From the NCBI GenBank assembly GCA_021613535.1, contig CP075494.1:4588001-4652000 (forward strand): a stretch of DNA of 64,000 nucleotides, written 5' to 3'. The notes under the pieces were generated by a model. The model made no database searches. It was given only the letters and a program-made list of their open reading frames with translations, and had not been told where the DNA came from. Positions 24,462 through 33,618 of the stretch are shown here, piece by piece. Every line of letters starts with the position of its first letter. Position 1 is the first letter of the stretch. The position numbers and the translations under genes were made by a program. This DNA comes from Adineta vaga (Eukaryota; Animalia; Rotifera).

Positions 24462-25148
24462 TTAATCACTTTGATTAAGTTCGATAAGAATATTTGCAAT
24501 GACTTCATCTTGGTAATTATTATAAGGATATAGCAAACGATCTGTTTTCTTTTTCCAACGCCAATTCATCGGATCAATTGTTGTCAATTGTTTTCCATTC
24601 ATTTTATTTACATAAATATGTTGAACAATTGGATTTGTTGCTCGAACAAATGCATATTGAAATCCTTTGGAATTTCTTGCTTGTTCACATGAAAGTGTAT
24701 GTAATCGTGTAGCAACACCATTTCCTGTGTGATCAGCACGAACTGCAATAATGAGAATATGTAGAATGATATTGGGTTTTAATTCGCGATCAAAATCTGA
24801 ATGAATGAATCGATCGATTAGTTCGTCATATAAATCATTCAATGGAAGAGTTTTCGGAGGATGAGAAGAATCATAAGGATATTTTTGTTGATTTAAATAA
24901 AGATCACCAGCAATAATTGTACCAATAATCTCTCCTGAAGAACGTTCTCGTGCAAGAAAAGATAATTTTTCATCGAAAACATCGTTTAGTAAAGGCCAGG
25001 AGTGCTCTTCAAAGAAAGCTCGACTTGTTAAACGATCAAAAAGTGTTATTGGATGACGAGTAGTGAATTCTTCTGCAATTAATTGTGCACATAAACGTGC
25101 ATCTTTTTCACTATTAATAACTTCATAGAGATATTCGTCGTCTGCCAT
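24462..25148 (-). CDS. GNAT-family N-acetyltransferase (arylalkylamine N-acetyltransferase-like)
   Basis: ATG at 25148 (MADDEYLYEV). Acetyl-CoA motif IIAVRADHTGNGVATRL, then GFQYAFVRATNPIVQHIY. Confidence 0.75.
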   Translation of the reverse strand: MADDEYLYEVINSEKDARLCAQLIAEEFTTRHPITLFDRLTSRAFFEEHSWPLLNDVFDEKLSFLARERSSGEIIGTIIAGDLYLNQQKYPYDSSHPPKTLPLNDLYDELIDRFIHSDFDRELKPNIILHILIIAVRADHTGNGVATRLHTLSCEQARNSKGFQYAFVRATNPIVQHIYVNKMNGKQLTTIDPMNWRWKKKTDRLLYPYNNYQDEVIANILIELNQSD

Positions 25149-25659
25149 TAGAACGTACGTATGAAATGAAGAAAGGAAAATGAAATGTTTGTTATTTATA
25201 TCTTTATCGTATTTTTCTTCTTTCGTTCTTTGAATCAATATGTTTTTTTTCTCTATTGTAATAGCAATGAAAAGAAACGAAAATACATTAATCGAACGTC
25301 AATTACATCACATGGGCAAAAAATACGATAATATTTCACCTATGCGATAAGAACAAAACTATAACGATTCTCATCATGTTTCTTTCAAGGACGTCAATCT
25401 GAAATTTCGTACAATTCTTACTGAAGATTTTCGTTTTTGACTTCCGTTCTTTTTAAACCAAAATCAATATCAAACGAAGAAGGAACTTCTTCCTCAATTA
25501 TAGTTATAATGTAGGGGATATAATAGAATAAAATATTTCATTCTTTTTTTTCCATTGATAAAATAATTATCATATGGTCATATATATTTTCATTGACATA
25601 TCATTAACACCAGTGATTTCTCGTCTCTCATTTGATATAGAGTTTGAATGAATAACGAA

Positions 25660-27199
25660 ATAGAATATTTACAGGTATAATGACGATGAACAATCGAAAT
25701 CGAGGTATACCTAATGAGTATTTTAAATTTATTTGTTATCCATTGTGATATATAAGATATTTCAGCTTTGATCTTACTTAATGGTCAAGCAATAGCTTGT
25801 ATCGATGATGTCTTCGCTCATGTAGGATCAAATGCTTAAGTAATATCTTTGATGTAAGTTTCACAATGAAATAATATAAGACTTGCTTGCATATTTCTGT
25901 AATAGACATCAAGATAGTCAAACACAAGTTCTTGATGCACAAAGAAAAATTGTTATGCCTGGATTTATTGATTCACATAATCATTTCATCGTGGGTGATC
26001 AAAGGTAATCGTATGTCAATACTACTTACTTTACGGTCGATTATCTTCAGCACAGATATCTAATGCTCAGACTCGAGACGAATTGATTCAATGCATGAAA
26101 GATTTTGCAATAGTTCAACCGCATGGTAAATGGATTTTAGGTGGTAATTAGGATCATACTCTATGGTCGTCAGACGAAAGAGAATTATCCACATGTGCAG
26201 GGATTGATAGAGTAACTGATTTTCTAAGAATTGGACAACTTTTCAGATGAATTTGCATCTTATAATGTACGCAGGCGACTCCGAATAATCCTGTATGAAT
26301 CAATCACAAAGAAGGATATTTGTTTCTTGCTAGTACATTAGCTTTACAACAAGCTGGTTATACAAGTTTGAATAACATGCCGGACGTTGAAGTTGGTACA
26401 GTAGTACGACAAGAAGACGGAGAACCGCGACGGATATATTTGGGGTATTATTTCTCTATAACTCGCTATATATAACTAATTACAGAATTGGTTATTAGAA
26501 TAATACTATGAATTTAATCTATCCTTACATTCCTCAATCTACTCAAGTGATAGATAATATTAGTACATTTGAAAGTCCACATAAGTGAGGTCAACTGAAA
26601 ATTAGGTAGGACATTCTCTGCATTTATGATCTTCTTGTATCACTATCTATGTAAAGTGTATGTTGATGCTAGCTCCTATTGAAAATTGGGAAATACGTTG
26701 AAATCGCCTTGCAGTACCTGGAGCTTGGTGTGGTAATAAAATGTTACGTCGATAGTTCTCTTGGTAGGCATTCTGCATGGTTTTTCGATCCATATATTAT
26801 GATACATCAAATTATGCTGGTGTTATGGTTAATTCTGAAACTGATGCAGTTGGTATGCAAATATTTATTCATACTATTGTTGATTCGTATTAATCATATT
26901 GCATTAAATATATTCGAATTTATAAGATGAGAAAATCGTTTAAAAGACCGGCGTTAGTGTATCGAACATGCACAACATGTAATAACAGCAGATATTCCTC
27001 GATTTCGTGGACCTGAACAATGTATAGCTGTAGAACATATTAAAGAACTGATTGTCGTTGGAAAATTTGCTGATTTTGTTATACCCGATCATGATTTATT
27101 AACACTTTGAAAAGAATTTATAGAACATGTTAAAAGTTGAAAAACACGGTGTTCGATGGCAAAATAGTCTATGAGAAGGACAATCACATAAAAGTATAG
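25660..27199 (+). pseudogene. YtcJ-like amidohydrolase-3 pseudogene with introns
   Basis: KIVMPGFIDSHNH (~25946-25984), WILGGN*DH (TAG 26149-26151), TPNNPV*IN (TGA 26296-26298), KCYVDSSLGRHSAWFFDPY, IEHAQHV (~26961), VGKFADFVI (~27057) and TVFDGKIVYE. Multiple stops and frameshifts. Confidence 0.75.
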
Positions 27200-27729
27200 G
27201 ACATTTTGAAATTGGTAACTATTATGCTTGTAGCAAAAACTATAAACTCATCGTATAATACTTTTTTGCTATATACTATTCAAGCAATTACAAAAACGTG
27301 AGGGTGTAGATGAGAATGTTCGCTTGGTCCACACTCTCACGCTTTCATCTTAATCAAAAAAAGAAAAGAGAAAAAAATTGAATACAAATTGTAAAACCTA
27401 ACTACGTTTAACTGATATGAAGAAAAAGCTATTCTGGTCATTAGCATAATATCTAAATCTATGATATTTAAAAAAAACTAAAAGTACGATTCCATAGTAT
27501 TAGTAGATGGATGTTCGAATTTCATATTTGTCATTTTGTTTATGTCGGTATTCGAAGACTTCTCTCGCTTGAAATAATTAGCATATATTTGTTTGCAGAT
27601 CGATACAATAGAATGACGACCTTCAATAATGGGATATATACCAACAATTATAAATGAAATGAACATCCAAATGATTCCAAGAATGATCCAAGCAGTAAAG
27701 AAAGATTTACTGAAGACGTAAGCTGTTCC

Positions 27730-27888
27730 TGTTACGATCTGTGTATACATACACTAAGATCATATCTATCTATTTTTTTCGTTCTGTCTTTACTTTTCTG
27801 TATTCATTCTCTTTCGTGTCTATGTACTAGTCGATTGTTTATTCTATTCGAACTTGCATATAAATAAACAAAGGACAGATCATTAACA
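27730..27888 (+). repeat. 5' LTR
   Basis: TGTTACGATC...CATTAACA, identical to 33460-33618; contains TATAAATAAA. Confidence 0.97.
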
Positions 27889-27889
27889 G

Positions 27890-27903
27890 TGGCGACCCTG
27901 CAG
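27890..27903 (+). promoter_or_regulatory. Primer-binding site (probably tRNA-Arg)
   Basis: TGGCGACCCTGCAG starts 1 nt after the 5' LTR. TGG pairs with the tRNA CCA end, and TGGCGACC is the start typical of tRNA-Arg PBSs (412/mdg1-like). Confidence 0.7.
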
Positions 27904-27947
27904 TAAATTTATAAACAGTCGATTATTCTTTTACTTTACATTTAATT

Positions 27948-29474
27948 ATGACAGTTCATACACGTAATCAAAGTGAATCAAATAATGATACTGATCCTCA
28001 ACCTATTGCACAAGTTACACATGGATCTAATCCAAATTCATTATCATTAACAAATACAAATAATGATAATAAACCAGCTGCAGCTGATGAATGTTCTGCA
28101 ACAGAACGTGATGAAAAACCAACATTATTAGAAGTACTTCGTCATGATGTGAAATTATTCAATGGTCAAGATGATGCTCGTCAATGGTTTAGACATATTC
28201 ATTCAAAATTTTCGGAATTTAATTTAACATTTGATGAACGATTGGAAATTATTCCTTATTTTTTTGAAGATGATGTTTTCATTTGGTATACGTTGAATCA
28301 AGATAAAATTCAATCATATGCTCATTTATGTCAATTATTTGCTCATGAATATTTCAATCTCGAACAAACTTCTTGTCCTGATGTCAATGCTAATATCAAA
28401 CAATCAAACCAATCTTTTTTATTTCGTCCACCTATTGTTGTCAATGAATCTATACATGATGATTTAATAAATTTTTTAGGTGATAAAGCAGTAGCAGCTG
28501 CTGATCATGATACACCACTTCATTCACATGATAATCATTTATCTCATTCAATTTTGTCTACTACAATTGCTAAAGCATTAGTTGATAAATTTATCAAAGA
28601 TCCATTAAAATTTGCTGCTGGTAAAGAAAATGTTATTACATGGATTGATGAGATTGAACAACAATTCAATACGATGCATTTAAATAACACCGATAAATTA
28701 AATTTGATTCATATTTGTCTTAAAGGTGATGCATTACAGTGGTTTAAGCAGAACAAACACAAATTTACTTGCTGGCCAATATTCGTTGATGAAATTAAAC
28801 AATCATTTACATCGAATTTACAACGTGATCTAGCTTTTGAGAAACTCAAACAATATCATCAAACAGTTCATCAATCAGCAACACAATATTATATGGAAAT
28901 GATTAAATTAATGAAACAAGCTGATCCACAAATGAATGAATCAACAAAAGTTCGATATCTTATGAATGGTCTTCGTCCATCTCTATCTACTGAAACTCGA
29001 AGAAATTATCCTACAAATACAGAAACATTTTTAGTACAAGTAAAAATGGCTGAAGAACTTACAGCATTGAATAATACATTTTCCTGCAGTTCTATTAATA
29101 ATGATGAATTAACATCATCCACTTCTTTTTCTTATTCGAATACAAATGATTCAACGAGAGAAAATGATTATAATGATTATCGGCGAAATGTTAATGCTCA
29201 AGATTATTATCATGATGATAATACTAATTATTCTTCTCATGATAATAATCAACATCGATTTTTGAATCAAATTTCGAAATCCTCATCTTTTAATTCATCT
29301 CGTCAATCAAATTCTGTTAAACCACCACAAAATTTTCCATCATCACATTATAATAATACACATCAAACTGATCGTTTTCAACGACGCCGCCAATCATCTC
29401 AACGTTGTTTCAATTGTGGTTCTACAAATCATATAGCACGCAATTGTAACCATTTCGGGAATCGAAGTCAATGA
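27948..29474 (+). CDS. gag: Gag (capsid plus CCHC zinc knuckle)
   Basis: Retrotransposon gag motifs LKGDALQWF and YLMNGLRPSL; C-terminal CFNCGSTNHIARNC. Confidence 0.92.
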   Translation: MTVHTRNQSESNNDTDPQPIAQVTHGSNPNSLSLTNTNNDNKPAAADECSATERDEKPTLLEVLRHDVKLFNGQDDARQWFRHIHSKFSEFNLTFDERLEIIPYFFEDDVFIWYTLNQDKIQSYAHLCQLFAHEYFNLEQTSCPDVNANIKQSNQSFLFRPPIVVNESIHDDLINFLGDKAVAAADHDTPLHSHDNHLSHSILSTTIAKALVDKFIKDPLKFAAGKENVITWIDEIEQQFNTMHLNNTDKLNLIHICLKGDALQWFKQNKHKFTCWPIFVDEIKQSFTSNLQRDLAFEKLKQYHQTVHQSATQYYMEMIKLMKQADPQMNESTKVRYLMNGLRPSLSTETRRNYPTNTETFLVQVKMAEELTALNNTFSCSSINNDELTSSTSFSYSNTNDSTRENDYNDYRRNVNAQDYYHDDNTNYSSHDNNQHRFLNQISKSSSFNSSRQSNSVKPPQNFPSSHYNNTHQTDRFQRRRQSSQRCFNCGSTNHIARNCNHFGNRSQ

Positions 29475-32400
29475 TAGATGGTCTTGACTTCAATAATCCA
29501 CTTCAACATCCATCTACTCCTTTAATTTTTATAACTACATATGTCAATAATCAACAAATGAAACTTTTAATTGATACTGGTGCTCAACACTGCTTTATTA
29601 ATGAAACTTGTTTACATAATCTTCGTCAATTAAATTATTCTCAAATTACACCTCAACAATTTTTTATGGCTGATGGAATGAACTCGATAAAAGTAACCGG
29701 CATTGTTCAATTGGAAATTTCTATAGGTGATGTTATAACATCTATTCCAGCATTTATCACCACACATTTATGTACAGATATTATACTAGGTATGGACTAT
29801 TTGTTGAAATATGATTTAGAAATTTATCCGAAGAAAAAAACGATTACCTTTAATTTTCATAATCAAAAGATTATATTGTCAATGGATTCTGAATCATCAT
29901 CAAATCATCCTTCTTTACAATCATTAACTTCCATAAAATCACCACTAATTCGACAATTAAATACACTTACAATATCACCATTTAATGTTAATCAACAATC
30001 TATCTTGAAATTAATCAATCATATTTCTGATCCAGTCCAATACGAAAAACTTCGATCATTATTATTTAATTTTGAATCAACATTCGATATAAGTAATTAT
30101 ACAATTGCAGAAACAGAAATTTCACATTTCATCGAAACAATTCCTCATACACCACCTGTTTCAAAATCATATCCTGGTAATCCAACATTAAATGCCGAAT
30201 TAAGAATAATTATAGATAAATTACTCGATGCAGGACTTATATGTGTTTCACAATCATCATATGCAGCTCCAGCATTGTTAGTAAAAAAGAAAGATCAAAG
30301 TTGGAGGTTAGTTATCGACTACAAAAAACTCAATTCTGTTACGATTAAAGACAATTATCCTTTACCAAATATGGAAATCACGCTTCAATCATTAGGTGCT
30401 GGATACTCTTATTTTTCTAAATTTGATTTAAGATCTGGCTTTTGGCAATTCCCAATTAATCCAGGTGATCGTGCTAAAACAGCTTTCATTACACCATTTG
30501 GATTGTTTGAATGGTCGGTTTTACCTCAAGGTCTCCGAAATTCACCGCCAACTTTTCAACGTACTATGAGCAAGGTTTTATCTTCATGTACTGATTTCTC
30601 TTTAATCTATTTGGATGATATTATCATCTTTAGTCGCACTTATGATGAACATTTAGTTCATATTGGAAAAGTTTTAAATGCTTTAAAACTACATAATTTA
30701 ACATTGAATCCTGCAAAATGTGAATTAGCAAAAGGACAAATTGAATATTTAGGTCATGTAGTTTCATCAACAACTTTTACTCCATTACCTTATCGAATTA
30801 ATTCAATTACTGCTTTACCAGAACCCAAATCTTTAGCTCAAGCAAATCGTTTTATCGGTTCATTATCATGGTACAGAAAGTTTATTCCTGCATTTGCATC
30901 ACTTGCTGCGCCAATTCATGCTGTAACTAATCTTTCAAAATCTAATCGACACAAATTTAAATGGGGATCTGAACAATCGAAGTCTTTTTATGACTTGAAA
31001 AATATGTTAACATCATCTCCACTTTTCTTAAATTTTCCTGACGATACACAGCCAGTATTTCTAGCTACAGATGCTTCTCAAGTTGGTTTAGGTGGCGTAC
31101 TGTACCAAGAGATTAATAATGAAAAGAAAATACTTTATTATCATTCAGAATTACTGAATTCAACTCAAAAACGATATCTTCCGATTGAACTTGAAGCATT
31201 AGCAATTTTTAAATGTATTACTAGAATGAAATCATTTTTACTTGGTCGTGATATCATTATTTACACTGATAATTGTCCGATTTGTCATATGATGGAAAAG
31301 AAAATCTTAAATAGACGTGTTGAAAAGATTTCGATTTTACTTCAAGAATTTAATATTCAAAAGATTATACATGTTAAAGGAAAATACAATTGTTTACCAG
31401 ATTATCTTTCACGACATCCTGTTGCAACTGATGATGAATTAATTGATCATGATTATGGTTTAGGTTTTGAAAAAGATAAATCTTCTCCTATTCAATTACT
31501 TGGTGCTGTGGTGACTCGATCGAGATCGAAAGTAACAACACAACACATACCATCATCAACAAAACCATCTGCATCTCAACATATGACATCAACAACACCA
31601 TCTTCACCACAAGTTATACCATCTCCATCATCACCTGCAAATGATTTTAGTTATTCAAATCCTGATGGAAAAGATTTCGATATTACTAAGTTAGAAGAAC
31701 ATCAACAAAAAGATAAACAAATTCAAAAGATTATTCATGAATTAAAAGAAAATCGAAATATGTCTTATGATTTTCAAGATGGAATCTTATATAAACTAGT
31801 ATCTATTCCAAATGGAAAGACTAAACGTAAATTATTTTATATTCCATCAACAATGATCAAAGCATTACTTATTTCTTATCATGATAATCCTTTAATTGGT
31901 GGTCATTTTGCAACTCGAAGAACACTAGAAAAACTTAAACAACAATTTTGGTGGCCTGAAATGAAACAGACAGTTATTGATTATATTAAATCTTGTATTC
32001 ATTGTCAAGCTTACAATGTTACTCGACAAAAATCTCCCGGTTTTCTTAATCCAACATCACCACCTGATGGTCCTAATCAATTACTTGGAATCGATTTTTG
32101 TGGTCCATTCCCAATAACACCACAAGAAAATAAATACGTTCTCTGTCTTACTGACTATTTCACCAAATTTATTGTTGCTGTTGCTTTACCAACATGTTCT
32201 GCTGGTGTTACAGCTGAAGCTATTTTCAAATATTATATATGTCAATTTGGTGTACCTAAAGCAATCATTTCAGATCAAGGTACAAGTTTTAAGAACAATT
32301 TGATGTATTCATTATCAAAATTAATCGGTTACCATCATATATTTTGTACTCCTTATAGACCACAATCTAATGGAGCAATCGAACGATTTAATGGAACATT

Positions 32401-32905
32401 TGTTACTCAAGTCGCAAAATTAACAGATAATGAAACAAATAACTGGGATGAATATTTATATCCGATTGTATTCGCATACAATACAGGTGTTCATTCTACA
32501 ACAAATATTTCACCATATGAACTTACATTTGGTCGACAAGCAAATCTTCCAACTGATCCTCCAATAACAACATTTGCTCTTCCTGATACTCATGATTATT
32601 TTCGACAATTAGTTCTTAATGTAAAATATTATCATGAAACAGCAAAACAAATAGTTCTCAAACAACAACAGAAGACAAAAGCTCGTTATGATCGTAATCG
32701 TACAAATCCTGAATATGAAATAGGTGCAACAGTTTTAACTCGAATATTTACAAACAGATCTAAATTAGATCCACGATTTTCAATTAATCCAAAAATAATC
32801 GTCGAAAAACATCATCCAACTTATACTATTGAAGATACAATAACAAATAGAATTAGTAAAGTTCATGTTAGTGATATTCGTCCATTATTACTTTCAAACA
32901 ATTAA
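29471..32905 (+). CDS. pol: Pol polyprotein (aspartic protease, reverse transcriptase, RNase H, integrase)
   Basis: LLIDTGA (PR); FDLRSGFWQ, LPQGLRNSP, YLDDII (RT); LATDAS/ELEALAI/YTDN (RH); H-H-C-C zinc finger and GIDF...SDQG...ERFN (IN). No internal stops over 1144 aa. Confidence 0.96.
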   Translation: MIDGLDFNNPLQHPSTPLIFITTYVNNQQMKLLIDTGAQHCFINETCLHNLRQLNYSQITPQQFFMADGMNSIKVTGIVQLEISIGDVITSIPAFITTHLCTDIILGMDYLLKYDLEIYPKKKTITFNFHNQKIILSMDSESSSNHPSLQSLTSIKSPLIRQLNTLTISPFNVNQQSILKLINHISDPVQYEKLRSLLFNFESTFDISNYTIAETEISHFIETIPHTPPVSKSYPGNPTLNAELRIIIDKLLDAGLICVSQSSYAAPALLVKKKDQSWRLVIDYKKLNSVTIKDNYPLPNMEITLQSLGAGYSYFSKFDLRSGFWQFPINPGDRAKTAFITPFGLFEWSVLPQGLRNSPPTFQRTMSKVLSSCTDFSLIYLDDIIIFSRTYDEHLVHIGKVLNALKLHNLTLNPAKCELAKGQIEYLGHVVSSTTFTPLPYRINSITALPEPKSLAQANRFIGSLSWYRKFIPAFASLAAPIHAVTNLSKSNRHKFKWGSEQSKSFYDLKNMLTSSPLFLNFPDDTQPVFLATDASQVGLGGVLYQEINNEKKILYYHSELLNSTQKRYLPIELEALAIFKCITRMKSFLLGRDIIIYTDNCPICHMMEKKILNRRVEKISILLQEFNIQKIIHVKGKYNCLPDYLSRHPVATDDELIDHDYGLGFEKDKSSPIQLLGAVVTRSRSKVTTQHIPSSTKPSASQHMTSTTPSSPQVIPSPSSPANDFSYSNPDGKDFDITKLEEHQQKDKQIQKIIHELKENRNMSYDFQDGILYKLVSIPNGKTKRKLFYIPSTMIKALLISYHDNPLIGGHFATRRTLEKLKQQFWWPEMKQTVIDYIKSCIHCQAYNVTRQKSPGFLNPTSPPDGPNQLLGIDFCGPFPITPQENKYVLCLTDYFTKFIVAVALPTCSAGVTAEAIFKYYICQFGVPKAIISDQGTSFKNNLMYSLSKLIGYHHIFCTPYRPQSNGAIERFNGTFVTQVAKLTDNETNNWDEYLYPIVFAYNTGVHSTTNISPYELTFGRQANLPTDPPITTFALPDTHDYFRQLVLNVKYYHETAKQIVLKQQQKTKARYDRNRTNPEYEIGATVLTRIFTNRSKLDPRFSINPKIIVEKHHPTYTIEDTITNRISKVHVSDIRPLLLSNN

Positions 32906-33451
32906 TTATAATTATCTCGAGTATCTACTGAAGTATCATTCGAAAATATTATTGGTGGTTTATTTTATTTAATGTCAAATTATGGTTGTGTTGAATTAAC
33001 ATCATTCATAAGAATCTTCTTGCTGGACAAGTTATACACTTATGTATTTTATGGATTGGAAGAACAAATAATTATTAGTCATGGCCAAAACTGATGTTTA
33101 TTTTATTCTTAATGTTATTTGACATTTCAAAATGATCTTACTAGTTATTTAATTTCATTTGACTTTTATTTTATTATCTATGATACTTAATTTAAAGAAA
33201 TTCAAAAAACACTTACATTCACTTACAGTTGGTTATGCTATTGTTGGTTCTTCATTAGCTTTATATTTCCTCGATTAGTTTATGTTTTAAAACAAAAAAC
33301 AAATAATTTTTGCTCTTGTCTATCTTTGTTATTGAATTCTTCATGTATTTTCTCTACATTTCTTATTTTTCATATTCATTTTCTAAATATTCTGAACATG
33401 AAGTAGAGACAAAAAAAAAAAGACATAAAACATCATTTTTTTTACTTAACC

Positions 33452-33459
33452 GGGGAGAG
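33452..33459 (+). promoter_or_regulatory. Polypurine tract
   Basis: GGGGAGAG immediately 5' of the 3' LTR. Confidence 0.8.
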
Positions 33460-33618
33460 TGTTACGATCTGTGTATACATACACTAAGATCATATCTATC
33501 TATTTTTTTCGTTCTGTCTTTACTTTTCTGTATTCATTCTCTTTCGTGTCTATGTACTAGTCGATTGTTTATTCTATTCGAACTTGCATATAAATAAACA
33601 AAGGACAGATCATTAACA
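33460..33618 (+). repeat. 3' LTR
   Basis: Identical to 27730-27888; followed by the TSD GTTCC. Confidence 0.97.

Larger units (their letters stand above)
27730..33618 (+). mobile_element. Full-length Ty3/Gypsy LTR retrotransposon, 5889 bp
   Basis: Two identical 159-bp LTRs (TGTTA...TAACA), 5-bp TSD GTTCC (27725-27729 and 33619-33623), PBS, PPT, and intact gag and pol (PR-RT-RH-IN order). Confidence 0.97.

Noticed and set aside
27478-27750. Stand-alone 90-aa gene in the ORF track
   Set aside because: It is the severed DUR3 C-terminus with a chance ATG supplied by the antisense LTR.
32906-33451. Possible third ORF (env-like or captured gene) after pol
   Set aside because: Only a ~60-codon stop-free stretch (32912-33094, in frame with pol after two stops) with no recognisable motif. 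The 33310-33597 ORF is low-complexity and runs into the LTR.
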